NCBI GenBank assembly: GCA_963752255.1
Contig: CAVVXT010000003.1
Coordinates: 96,001 to 160,000 of the forward strand
Origin: Nitrososphaeria archaeon
Lineage (GTDB): Archaea > Thermoproteota > Nitrososphaeria > JACIWG01
Direction of reading: 5' to 3'
DNA length: 64,000 bases
The notes below the pieces were generated by a model. The model did no database searches and was not told the DNA's origin. It saw only the letters and a program-made list of their open reading frames with translations. Made by a program: the position numbers and the translations under genes. Within the stretch, counting starts at the first letter, position 1; each line of letters begins with the position of its first letter. Below, in pieces: positions 10,523-20,052 of this stretch.

Positions 10523-12043
10523 ATGCCTTTAAAGGTAAAAATACTTGATATTCTTTCTGGGAAAAGAGCTATTATTCTAAACAAGGCTGACGCCGATCAT
10601 ATTGGAGTAGAGCTGCTTGACCGAGTTAAAGTAGTTCATGAGAATAATACCCTTACTGCAATCGCGGAGATAAGCGAGGACCCAAAGCTTGTGCCTCAGG
10701 GGCAAATAGGGTTCTATAAAGAGATCGCTTCAGAGATAGGCGCATTAAATGGTGAACAAGCTGATGTTTCTTTAGCGAAGACTCCTATGTCTGTAACTTA
10801 CATTAGGAAGAAGGTTAAGGGAAAGACTCTTCTTCCCGAAGAAATAGGAAGTATCTTACAGGACGCAGTTGCATTGAACCTGAGTGAATTAGAGATAGCC
10901 GCCTTCCTGCTTGCCCAAGAATTTTATGGGATGAATATGGATGAAGTAGAAGCTTTAACTAAAGGTATGATAAAAACTGGCAACGTTCTTGAACTGCCAG
11001 GTAAGGTCGTCGACAAACATTCTATTGGAGGAGTACCTGGGAATAAGGTATCTTTGCTTATCGTACCTATAATAGCTGCAACAGGATTATACATACCTAA
11101 AACGTCTTCTAGAGCAATAACAAGCCCTTCGGGAACAACTGATACAATGAGTGTTTTAGCTAATGTTGAATTTTCAATCGAAGAATTAAGAAAGATTGTA
11201 ATGAAAGTTGGAGGATCAATTGTTTGGGGTGGTGCGTTAAATTTAGCGCCGACAGACGATATTTTCATTAGAGTTGAGCATCCGCTTAGCATAGATCCTA
11301 AATCACAAATGCTGGCTAGTATTATGTCAAAAAAAGCTGCGGAAGGTATTTCCTGCCTCGTTCTAGACCTACCGACTGGAAAAGGAGCTAAAGTTGAAAC
11401 AGCCGCGCAGGCTAACTCTCTGGCAGCAGATTTTGTAGAGTTAGGTAAACGACTAAGCATAACGGTTAGGTGTGGAATAACATATGGCGGTCAACCTATA
11501 GGACGGGCTATAGGACCCGCGCTAGAAGCAAGTGAAGCACTTAACGCGCTTATAAACCCAGAAGGAGCATCAAAAAGTCTTGTAGGTAAATCAACAGCAT
11601 TAGCGGGAATATTGCTAGAGCTTACAGGATTAGCGGAAAAGGGACAGGGTGAAGGGATGGCAATGGAGATACTTAGAAACGGTAAAGCGTACAAGAAATT
11701 TAAAGAAATAATTGAAGCACAGGGAGGAAATCCGAACATAAAGCCTGAAATGATACCTATAGGAAAAAACTCATATAAGATAATTTCAGAAACCGATGGT
11801 TACGTTACTTATGTCGATAACCAAGTAATAAACGATGTCGCCCGTGCCGTCGGTGCTCCTATGGAAAAAGGTTCAGGAATTATTATTCACGCAAAACAAG
11901 GATACAAAGTTGAGAAAGGGCAAGTTTTAATGGAAATCTTTGCTGAAAGAGCGACAAAGTTGCAGGAGGCTATTTCTATATGTAACAATGAAAAACCCAT
12001 TTTAGTCGAAAGTATGTTGCTGTCAACTTATCCTGTTTTCTAG
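10523..12043 (+). CDS. deoA: AMP phosphorylase (archaeal thymidine-phosphorylase family)
   Basis: N-terminal barrel extension, DKHSIGGVPGNK, IPKTSSRAITSPSGT, QPIGRAIGPALEA; start approximate. Confidence 0.9.
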   Translation: MPLKVKILDILSGKRAIILNKADADHIGVELLDRVKVVHENNTLTAIAEISEDPKLVPQGQIGFYKEIASEIGALNGEQADVSLAKTPMSVTYIRKKVKGKTLLPEEIGSILQDAVALNLSELEIAAFLLAQEFYGMNMDEVEALTKGMIKTGNVLELPGKVVDKHSIGGVPGNKVSLLIVPIIAATGLYIPKTSSRAITSPSGTTDTMSVLANVEFSIEELRKIVMKVGGSIVWGGALNLAPTDDIFIRVEHPLSIDPKSQMLASIMSKKAAEGISCLVLDLPTGKGAKVETAAQANSLAADFVELGKRLSITVRCGITYGGQPIGRAIGPALEASEALNALINPEGASKSLVGKSTALAGILLELTGLAEKGQGEGMAMEILRNGKAYKKFKEIIEAQGGNPNIKPEMIPIGKNSYKIISETDGYVTYVDNQVINDVARAVGAPMEKGSGIIIHAKQGYKVEKGQVLMEIFAERATKLQEAISICNNEKPILVESMLLSTYPVF

Positions 12044-12103
12044 GAATTAACTAATACTTTAAAAGTTATAAGATTGACAGAGAGAGCGTTGGGGTTGAAC
12101 TAG

Positions 12104-12610
12104 ATGTCTTCGATGGATAGCTTTCTCGAAGCGATATATAACAAGTATAACAAGAATCCTCAAGGTTGGAATGTTGTGGTCAGCAAAGACGAGAAAGGTT
12201 ACCCCACGGTTCTATTTTTCTCAGAAGATGAAATTTGGGAGCTAAAGATGGATAGCATGTACAAACCTAATCCAATATGGGTGGGAAAAAGTTTTAAAAA
12301 TGAAGAAAAAAACAGAAAGATAGAAAACCCAAGCTATGGATTCAGGGGTTTAGAGAACGAACAAGCCAGTCGCTTGCTTAAAGCTATGGCTAGAGAGGAT
12401 GCAGCAAAGGAAATAATAAAGAGTGTCCTAGAAAATGAACCAAAACCTTTAGAAGAAATAAAAGATAGAAAAATGGTACTGCATGGGCCAATTATAAATT
12501 CACCTAGAATACCCATTATTTCCCAAAAGCAAGTAGATCTTGATCTAAAGTTGAGAATTGAATTACAAAAGCTTCTGTTAAATAGAGGAATTGGTTCCAT
12601 GTACGGCTAA
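12104..12610 (+). CDS. Conserved archaeal hypothetical protein
   Basis: 168-aa ORF closely linked to the rhomboid gene. Confidence 0.65.
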   Translation: MSSMDSFLEAIYNKYNKNPQGWNVVVSKDEKGYPTVLFFSEDEIWELKMDSMYKPNPIWVGKSFKNEEKNRKIENPSYGFRGLENEQASRLLKAMAREDAAKEIIKSVLENEPKPLEEIKDRKMVLHGPIINSPRIPIISQKQVDLDLKLRIELQKLLLNRGIGSMYG

Positions 12611-12612
12611 TT

Positions 12613-13236
12613 ATGGTCTTCTACATGGAAATTACTCACAGTAAGCCAATTTGGACATATATCATTATTGCTGCATGCGTTGTCATGTTCATTATCCAAC
12701 AAATAACACCTTACAGCTTATGGGCAACCTTAGAATTTTGGCCTGCTTATGTAGCTGTTTTCCCATGGTCTTTTGTTACAGCTATTTTTCTTCACGCTAG
12801 CATAGAACATTTAGTTTTTAACATGATAGCCCTATTGTTTTTTGGTTATACATTAGAGAATGTGCTTGGACGGAAAATTTTTTTAATAATATTCTTTCTT
12901 TCAGGAATAATTGGAAATGTCGGATACCTACTTACTTCTATTACAGGATTAACTGATTTGTACACACCAGCTATCGGAGCATCAGGGGCAATATACGGCA
13001 TAATTGGGACTCTTGTCGTCCTTATTCCTTTAAGAAGCGTTTACTTATATGGTCTTTTTCCGATACCGTTAGTATTCGTTGTAGCATTTTGGTTGTTGTT
13101 GGACATAATCGGACTGTTTGAACCTTCAGGAATAGCTGAAGGGGCGCACTTAGGTGGAATTGTTTTTGGAGCCATCTGTGGCTTCTATATAAGAAAAAGA
13201 ATGTCGGTTATTAGATATTCATACACTGTAGTGTAG
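12613..13236 (+). CDS. Rhomboid intramembrane serine protease
   Basis: FLHASIEHLVFNM, GASG, AHLGG. Confidence 0.95.
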   Translation: MVFYMEITHSKPIWTYIIIAACVVMFIIQQITPYSLWATLEFWPAYVAVFPWSFVTAIFLHASIEHLVFNMIALLFFGYTLENVLGRKIFLIIFFLSGIIGNVGYLLTSITGLTDLYTPAIGASGAIYGIIGTLVVLIPLRSVYLYGLFPIPLVFVVAFWLLLDIIGLFEPSGIAEGAHLGGIVFGAICGFYIRKRMSVIRYSYTVV

Positions 13237-13845
13237 AGCTGCCGAACTCGTCTGAAGAGATTTTTTCAATAAGCCTTCTATCGGAGGAATACCTATTGCA
13301 ATAACCTTATTTTGTATACTTCCATTTCGAAACATTATCGAACCACTCGCATTGGGAACGACCACTCCCCAAGAATTAATTTCATCTTCTAAACCCAATT
13401 GCTTTGAAAGTATTACCCTTATAGGGTCGTAGTGTGAAACCATAACGATGATTTCTCTACACCTCTCTTGTAGAAAATCGTTAGCACGCCTGCTAATTTC
13501 ATCCCATGATTCAACTCCTTCATACACACCTTCCATGAGTAATGTTTTCCAATTAATTGAATCAACCTTTTTGTTGTTTAAGCAACCAAAAGATCTCTCT
13601 CTGATTCTGTCATCAATCACTACCTTGCATTCTAGTTTTGAAGCTATAATGTCAGCCGTTTCCCTAGCTCTAAGGATAGGGCTCGAATAAATCGCTCCTA
13701 ATCTTAGACCCACCAGTTCTTCGCCTATCACTGAGGCTTGAGCTCTACCTTTCTCTGTTAGTGGATAAGACCCATGGTCGTGACTTATTATACGTTGGAC
13801 ATTGGATGTACTTTCACCATGTCTTATCATTATCAAAACAGACAT
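13219..13845 (-). CDS. Histidine phosphatase / cofactor-dependent phosphoglycerate mutase family
   Basis: RHGES, SSP..RA.ETA, RERSFG, VSH. Confidence 0.9.
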   Translation of the reverse strand: MSVLIMIRHGESTSNVQRIISHDHGSYPLTEKGRAQASVIGEELVGLRLGAIYSSPILRARETADIIASKLECKVVIDDRIRERSFGCLNNKKVDSINWKTLLMEGVYEGVESWDEISRRANDFLQERCREIIVMVSHYDPIRVILSKQLGLEDEINSWGVVVPNASGSIMFRNGSIQNKVIAIGIPPIEGLLKKSLQTSSAALHYSV

Positions 13846-13866
13846 TCAGTTATCACTTCTTTTAAC

Positions 13867-14478
13867 TTACACTAAGAAGAATCCGACCAGAACCGTAGCA
13901 AATGGGACGGAAATGTTATCATCCAACCAGGGCTGGTACTCTGCTAAAGTCGCAACTGTTGCAAGTAGTATTCCCTTTAAACCTAAAAATAGGTATCCTA
14001 TTAGGACACATGTTAAAACCATCGCCAGTGTTCCACTCCAATGCTTACCTCTTTTCTTAAGAAACCTTGATCGTACTATGCCGGTTATGGAGTCGCCTAC
14101 TGCCATAAAAAGCATTGCTGTACCAGCCAAAATTCTGGTGGTTGGTGGCCAAAGGAGTAAGCCTAACACAGCGAAGCTAAAACAAAAGAAGACCTCGCCG
14201 AAATTGTTCTTCTCCTGGAACCATTTAAGCTCCATTGATCTAAAGTGTGGAACCGCCAAGAAAAGGACAAAAAGTGTGCCGAACAAAGAAAAGACGTACG
14301 GTTCCTTAAATAGATACATATAAGACAGTACAGCAGGTGTTACTGAAAGGTGTATTAACTTTCTGTTCACCCAAATGTTTTTGAACCTTCTCGTCAAAAT
14401 GACGGTTGATAGAATCAGGATAAAAAGTAGAAAAGCCAATAAGGAGTCTGTAAAGAACTCCATAAAAATTTCATTCAT
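13867..14478 (-). CDS. Dolichol/phytol kinase-like membrane protein
   Basis: RKLIH, GD..TGIV, K.WSGT, DDNISVP. Confidence 0.8.
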   Translation of the reverse strand: MNEIFMEFFTDSLLAFLLFILILSTVILTRRFKNIWVNRKLIHLSVTPAVLSYMYLFKEPYVFSLFGTLFVLFLAVPHFRSMELKWFQEKNNFGEVFFCFSFAVLGLLLWPPTTRILAGTAMLFMAVGDSITGIVRSRFLKKRGKHWSGTLAMVLTCVLIGYLFLGLKGILLATVATLAEYQPWLDDNISVPFATVLVGFFLV

Positions 14479-14627
14479 ACTTAGTAATTTAAAAATTTTC
14501 TTTATAATGTTTGCTAAAAAAAGGGTTATAGGGAAAAATTTAAAGATAATAAGTAGATAAAAGGTGCTCTTTATAAGAAGATTTAATAACTATTAAATTC
14601 ACAGTTGCAATTCATATTAATAGTGAT

Positions 14628-15191
14628 TTGATGGAAAAAATTACATATTTTGGGAATGCTGGGAAATGGACAGGAAAAGTTTTTGAGGTTTCAAAGGAAT
14701 ATGCCGAAAAATCTGGTATAAAGGATGTTGTTGTTGCTTCAACCTCAGGAGAAACAGGAGCAAAAGCGTCTGTTTTTTTCAAGGGGTATAACTTGGTAGT
14801 GGTAACTCATGCAGCTGGTTTTAAAGGGCTAGGTAAAAATGAACTCACCGAAAAAAATAGGAAAATTATTGAAAGAAATGGCGGTAAGATTCTGACAGCA
14901 ACTCATGCATTAAGTAGTGCGGAACGGGCTTTTAAAAAGAAGCTTGGCACAGTTGGCACTTTAGAGATTATGGCGAATACCCTTAGGGTCTTTGGACAAG
15001 GAGCTAAGGTTTGTATAGAAATAGCAGTGATGGCAGCAGATGCAGGACTTATTCCCGTTGACAGAGATATAATATGCATTGGTGGTACAGGGAAAGCCGC
15101 TGACACAGCTTTATTGATTAAGGCAGCGAATTCGTCTGATTTCTTTGATCTAAAGGTAAGGAAGGTTCTTTGCAAGCCTTCGGACTTTTAA
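14628..15191 (+). CDS. Pyruvate kinase C-terminal alpha/beta domain protein (MTH1675-like)
   Basis: VVVASTSGETG, VVVTH, GQG.KVC.EIA.MAADAG, GGT...ADTA. Confidence 0.85.
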   Translation: MMEKITYFGNAGKWTGKVFEVSKEYAEKSGIKDVVVASTSGETGAKASVFFKGYNLVVVTHAAGFKGLGKNELTEKNRKIIERNGGKILTATHALSSAERAFKKKLGTVGTLEIMANTLRVFGQGAKVCIEIAVMAADAGLIPVDRDIICIGGTGKAADTALLIKAANSSDFFDLKVRKVLCKPSDF

Positions 15192-15238
15192 AAAAGACTT
15201 ATTTTTGATAGATATTTACCTACGACGATGAATAGAAG

Positions 15239-16036
15239 ATGTTTAAAGGGGTCCATGGCGTATTTTTGGATCTAGATGGTTGCATGTATAGAGGTAAAAC
15301 GCTTGTTCCGAACGCTGACAAGACAGTTGCATTATTAAAAGAACGAGGGTATAAGATACTTTATGTGACAAATAACGCTTCTAGGACGCAAAAGGAATAT
15401 GTAGATCACTTGAGGAGAATGGGTTTACCTGCGGAAGAAAAAGAGTTTTACACATCAGCTATGGCAACAACTTCCTATTTGACAAAGATGTACGGATCAG
15501 GCCGGCGTGTATTCGTTGTAGGCACAGAGGCTTTGAAGAGTGAATTAAGAGAAAAAAATTTTGTTATAGTGAACGAAGATGATGCCAAGAAAGCCGAATT
15601 CGTTGTTCTTTGCCTAGATTTGGATACAACTTACAAACGCTTGACAGCAGCCTGTTATGCGTTACAGAATGGAGCGCGGTTCATTGCGACAAATCTAGAT
15701 ATGGTTCTGCCGGTTGAAGACGGATATTGGCCAGGTGCAGGAGCAATTTCAGCGGCAATTACTGCGGCTACAAAAGTTAAACCCTTTTTGATAGGGAAAC
15801 CTTCAAAAATAATAATCCAAATGGCCCTAAAATACTGTGGATTAAACAAAAACGAAGTCCTTATCGTTGGTGACAAGTTTGAGACAGATATCAGGGTCGC
15901 GAACAAGCTCAAAATGAAGTCAGTACTTGTTCTCACAGGTGTGACTAAAATGGAGCAGCTTGAAAGGATACCGAAGAGGCTTCACCCAAGTGTAATATTA
16001 GATAGTGTTAACGATCTTCCTAAAGTTCTTCCTTGA
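15239..16036 (+). CDS. HAD-IIA hydrolase (NagD family)
   Basis: DLDG, TNNA, ATNLD, GKP, VGD..ETDI, VLTG. Confidence 0.92.
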   Translation: MFKGVHGVFLDLDGCMYRGKTLVPNADKTVALLKERGYKILYVTNNASRTQKEYVDHLRRMGLPAEEKEFYTSAMATTSYLTKMYGSGRRVFVVGTEALKSELREKNFVIVNEDDAKKAEFVVLCLDLDTTYKRLTAACYALQNGARFIATNLDMVLPVEDGYWPGAGAISAAITAATKVKPFLIGKPSKIIIQMALKYCGLNKNEVLIVGDKFETDIRVANKLKMKSVLVLTGVTKMEQLERIPKRLHPSVILDSVNDLPKVLP

Positions 16037-16122
16037 CTAAAGATCTATCGATTGGGCGAGACATGTGTCTCCTATGGTAACTCCTGATAAAATAAATAAA
16101 TTAGAAAAGAGTTAGGCCCGAT

Positions 16123-16617
16123 TTACAAGCTTATTCTAACCTTATTTTCTAGGTCACTGTTGAATATATCTTCTTTTACAGTATTCTTTCTAGAAATAAT
16201 CAAGAAAGTAGCTTGTTCTGTTAATGGAATAGGAGGCACATGCCATGTTCCTTCATTCATCACTATAGCTTTAGTTCCGTCAAATATGAATGCCTCCAAT
16301 TTGTTCATTTCTGGTTTTGCTTTTGGATCTCCTAACCTATTTGGTGGCGCAAAAGGAAAGATGCTATACCCTTCAAGTGGAACAAATATTTCTGACGTCT
16401 TTACATGCCGCTCCATGCTTGTGAACTCAAAAGGCTTCCTTTTACATAGAAGAAAACTTGCCGCTCTTTCTTCAATTGGAAGATGAACAACTTCATCCCA
16501 GTAATCTAGGGCAGGTGTTGATGCACTCGGTTTTGTTTTCGGTAAGCCGATAATCGTACCAAATGGGCTGAATCCTTTATCTGTTAATAATTTTGCTTTA
16601 ACTTCCACGTATTTCAT
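16123..16617 (-). CDS. Ureidoglycolate lyase-like cupin
   Basis: LT..GFSPFG, MERH..TSE.F.PL, GTWH; likely start MKYVEV. Confidence 0.8.
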   Translation of the reverse strand: MKYVEVKAKLLTDKGFSPFGTIIGLPKTKPSASTPALDYWDEVVHLPIEERAASFLLCKRKPFEFTSMERHVKTSEIFVPLEGYSIFPFAPPNRLGDPKAKPEMNKLEAFIFDGTKAIVMNEGTWHVPPIPLTEQATFLIISRKNTVKEDIFNSDLENKVRISL

Positions 16618-16732
16618 ACCATCATTATAATATGCCCTGCAATGATTTATAATGATTTTTCTTAAACGAGGACTTTTTTTCATAATGTCCTCTAATATTT
16701 TTAATATCTATTTTCTTTGAATATTGTTTCAA

Positions 16733-17443
16733 CTAATAGCCGTGAAAGCTTTCTTTTTTAATTTTCGTTGAATCTACGTTCAATTTTATAAGCAGATCTT
16801 CCATGGCATTCACCATCATAGGTGGGCCACATATGTAAAATACCCTATTTAGGTAATCTGGGACTTCTTTATTAACCATTTCACCAGTTATTACACCTTT
16901 GTAACCGACCCATTTTTCTTGAGGTTCGTCTAGAGTTAAGATAACCTTCAAATTCGGGTTCTTCTGCTGCATTTCTTCTAATTCTTCTCTGAAAGCTATA
17001 TCAGCTTCTGTGTGGTTTCCGTAGATAAGCGTGATTTTGGTTGCAAGTTTAAGATCTGAGCAGTATCTGCATATACTTCTCAGAGGTGTAATTCCAATCC
17101 CTCCTGACAGTAAAACAATGCCATCATACTGACCTTCGAAAATGAAATTTCCGTATGACGCATCTATTTTAACCCGGTCGCCAACCTCTAAAGAGTCTAA
17201 AGCGTTCGAGAATTCGTGCCCTGTCAACTTCTTCGTGAACTCTATAAATTCCTTTTCAGTTGGACTACTCGAGATCGAAAAAGGCTTTTTAGCTTCTTCC
17301 CCTTGAATTTTTAATGTTAACAACATAAACTGACCAGCCTTATAATTAAAAGATTGAGGCCTGTTAAACCTAAAACTCTTAACATTATTTGTTCTTTTAA
17401 TGATTTCTTTAACTTCTGTCTCAAACATCATTATACTCACCAT
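16733..17443 (-). CDS. FAD/NAD(P)-binding ferredoxin-reductase-type oxidoreductase
   Basis: GQF, PFSISSSP, GGIGITP, YICGPP, ESF. Confidence 0.9.
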   Translation of the reverse strand: MVSIMMFETEVKEIIKRTNNVKSFRFNRPQSFNYKAGQFMLLTLKIQGEEAKKPFSISSSPTEKEFIEFTKKLTGHEFSNALDSLEVGDRVKIDASYGNFIFEGQYDGIVLLSGGIGITPLRSICRYCSDLKLATKITLIYGNHTEADIAFREELEEMQQKNPNLKVILTLDEPQEKWVGYKGVITGEMVNKEVPDYLNRVFYICGPPMMVNAMEDLLIKLNVDSTKIKKESFHGY

Positions 17444-17540
17444 CTTATTTTACTAATTTAATAGAGTTTCCGGTAGACTGTGAATAACTTTTTTGAATTA
17501 TGAAGAATTTATAAGTCTCTATTTATTGATATTATAACAT

Positions 17541-17906
17541 ATGACTGTTTTGCAAACTAAACGTTTAAGGTACGGTGAATACGCTATTTTTTTGATTATA
17601 TTAATTCTAGGCCTGTCTGGAATCCTTTATTTCGGAGGCGTGATAAAATATGGTATCGAATTCTATGTGAGCTTATTACTAGCAGCTGTAGGCGTCTATA
17701 CCGTCGCCTTTGATTTATATTATTTGAAATTTATGCGTAGGTACGTAAGAAACTATATGTTCCTTTGGGGTTATATCTTAGCTTCAATAGGTTTCGCGCT
17801 GTTCTTCGATTTATTTAATCATAATCTATTTCTAAATATTAGCATAGCTGTATTAATAGGCGCCTTGCTTGGGTTTGCCAGTATAAGATATATTGGAAAA
17901 CAATGA
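17541..17906 (+). CDS. Hypothetical 4-TM membrane protein
   Basis: Four hydrophobic segments. Confidence 0.65.
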   Translation: MTVLQTKRLRYGEYAIFLIILILGLSGILYFGGVIKYGIEFYVSLLLAAVGVYTVAFDLYYLKFMRRYVRNYMFLWGYILASIGFALFFDLFNHNLFLNISIAVLIGALLGFASIRYIGKQ

Positions 17907-18010
17907 CTAATCAATATTAGTCGAACTACTACTACGTTATTAGAATATTTTATATTTTATTGATACTATCCTTATAAGTATACTGTTTATATTTTTAAGT
18001 TAGGATAAAA

Positions 18011-18523
18011 ATGTCAGACGTTTATGAAAAAATTAAAGGGGAACAGGGATTAGCTGAAAAGGTAATGTCAAACATACCCGGGTACCATGGATACAAAGAG
18101 AAAGAACTCCGGAGAGAAACCGATAAATCAGTCAGAGAATTTTCTGCTCAGAAGCTGAAAGAAGCAAAGATCGCTCTCGATGTAGCAGTCAGAGAAGTTT
18201 CAGATTCAGGAAATGTCGGTGCGTTTCAATACGCCAACCGCGCAATGGCTGTACTATATAGAGTGACAAACAAAATCGAGCACGCTGATTACGGTTATTC
18301 CGGCTTCTTCGACGCCATCAAGGTAAGAGAGGATAAGTTGGATAAGCTGATCGAATTCGACTATGCTCTAATTGACCTTTGCAAGTCAATGCAGGAAACA
18401 GCAACTACTGTAGCAGGTCAGCCTGACATAGATAAAGCGTTCGACGATTTTAGAAAAAAGCTACTTGAAGTAGAATCTAAACTTAATAATAGGGAAAGGG
18501 TTATTTTCCAGTTGAGTAAGTGA
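18011..18523 (+). CDS. Conserved hypothetical helical protein
   Basis: IPGYHGYKEKELRRETDK..R and ADYGYSGFFDAIKVRE..L..L..FD motifs. Confidence 0.75.
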   Translation: MSDVYEKIKGEQGLAEKVMSNIPGYHGYKEKELRRETDKSVREFSAQKLKEAKIALDVAVREVSDSGNVGAFQYANRAMAVLYRVTNKIEHADYGYSGFFDAIKVREDKLDKLIEFDYALIDLCKSMQETATTVAGQPDIDKAFDDFRKKLLEVESKLNNRERVIFQLSK

Positions 18524-18558
18524 TGCCGCAAGTTATTGAATGGTCAACAGAATTTTAG
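18523..18558 (+). pseudogene. 11-codon stub of a translationally coupled downstream gene (MPQVIEW..., SPFH-like N-terminus)
   Basis: TGATG stop/start overlap followed by MPQVIEWSTEF*; family assignment from memory. Confidence 0.45.
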
Positions 18559-18568
18559 TCTTTTATTT

Positions 18569-18588
18569 TTGTTCATATATATGAACAA
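18569..18588. repeat. Perfect 20-bp palindrome TTGTTCATATATATGAACAA
   Basis: Read directly. Confidence 0.8.
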
Positions 18589-18653
18589 TTATTTAGGAAA
18601 TTTTTTATTAAAGTGATTAAGGTGCAGCACAAATTTATTATTAACAACTATCT

Positions 18654-18680
18654 TATCAAGCTTGATATCAAAGTTGATAT
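18654..18680. repeat. Palindromic motif copy A: TATCAAGCTTGATATCAAAGTTGATAT
   Basis: 22-bp core 18656-18677 with 2 mismatches to the perfect palindrome. Confidence 0.9.
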
Positions 18681-18844
18681 TCTCAAAGGAAAATCTGTAA
18701 ATAGGTATTCTGTAGAGAAGGCTATAAAATTGACTTAAGATAAGTATTGTTCAATCAAAAGTACATTAGATAAGGAAATTATCATATGAACTAGGTGAAT
18801 AACCGAATAGATCGAGACACATTAACTTTCTCCCAAGTTAAAGG

Positions 18845-18852
18845 ATATATAA
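18845..18852 (+). promoter_or_regulatory. Probable TATA box of the dehydratase gene
   Basis: ATATATAA about 25-32 bp upstream of GTG 18877, purine-rich BRE-like bases before it. Confidence 0.5.
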
Positions 18853-18876
18853 GTGACGATTTCAAACATTTAGTAA

Positions 18877-20052
18877 GTGTCATATTTGAAAATAGCAGAA
18901 GTTAAAGCTCTAATTTCCAAACCTCCACGTTCTTTTGTTTTTGCTAAAGTAACGACAAATGATGGAATCGTGGGTTACGGTGAAGCAGCATCGGATGGTG
19001 CGCCAGTAGTACACGCGGAGAGCATTAACACTCTAGGAAAAACTATAATTGGTATGGATCCTTTCAACACTGAACTAGCCTATTATACTATGGACAATGC
19101 CTTCTTTGGATGGAATCCGGAAGCAACCATGCGCGCGACAGGCGCAATAGACGAAGCCCTATTTGATATCAAAGGTAAAGCGTTGAAGACACCAGTCTAT
19201 AACCTGCTCGGCGGAAAATTTCGGGATAAAGTAAAATTATACTGTCATATCGTTCTAAGGCCAGGAGAGAAAGCTACTCCTGAAACTGTTGCAGAGGGCG
19301 CTGTGCGCCAAGTTAAACTCGGTTTTAGAGCAGTCAAGTTCGATCCTTTTACAACAGTCATGCGAAGTGATATGAATGAAAAGGAGATAGGTTTCGTTTC
19401 AATACCTCAGGGAATGAATTTTTCCCATGAGCTGACGCTTAAAACTCTTGAAATGGTGAAGTCGGTTAGAGACGCCATTGGACCTAAGGTCGATCTGATG
19501 CTAGATATTCACGGTAGATTCGATGTTGAATCAGCGATAAGAATAGGGAAAAAACTTGAACCATTTGACCTTCTCTTCTACGAAGAGCCTATTCCACCAA
19601 CTAACGATGAGCTTCTCGCCTATGTACGTAAAAGGGTAGATGTACCAATCTGTGTAGGTGAGAGAAGGTATACGTTGGAAAGTTTTAGAAGATTATTTGC
19701 ACTTGATGCAGCGGATATAATTATGCCAGACCACTCTAGGAATGGTGGCATAACGTGGGTGAAGAAGATAGCGGACATGGCTCAAACTTATTTTGTTCCG
19801 GTCGCACCTCATGTTGTCTTCTCTAGCCCTCTAAACGCTGTAATCAGTGCTCAGAACATGGTTTCTATACCAAACTTCCTAATTCACGAATCCATGGGTC
19901 CTCAAAGACTTGAACTCTACAAAGATGTTTTAAAGCCAAACGTGTTACCTGAAGATGGTTACATTAAAATTTCAGACAGACCTGGTCTAGGCGTTGAACT
20001 GAATGAAGAGAGCCTTGAAATCGAATATGATGAGAGCCTGATTGGATTATAA
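18877..20052 (+). CDS. Mandelate racemase/muconate lactonizing enzyme family sugar-acid dehydratase (DgoD-like)
   Basis: G.VGYGEA, ALFDIKGKAL..PVYNLLGG..R, K.K, D.HGR, EEP, GER, APH, PGLGVE. Confidence 0.9.
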   Translation: MSYLKIAEVKALISKPPRSFVFAKVTTNDGIVGYGEAASDGAPVVHAESINTLGKTIIGMDPFNTELAYYTMDNAFFGWNPEATMRATGAIDEALFDIKGKALKTPVYNLLGGKFRDKVKLYCHIVLRPGEKATPETVAEGAVRQVKLGFRAVKFDPFTTVMRSDMNEKEIGFVSIPQGMNFSHELTLKTLEMVKSVRDAIGPKVDLMLDIHGRFDVESAIRIGKKLEPFDLLFYEEPIPPTNDELLAYVRKRVDVPICVGERRYTLESFRRLFALDAADIIMPDHSRNGGITWVKKIADMAQTYFVPVAPHVVFSSPLNAVISAQNMVSIPNFLIHESMGPQRLELYKDVLKPNVLPEDGYIKISDRPGLGVELNEESLEIEYDESLIGL

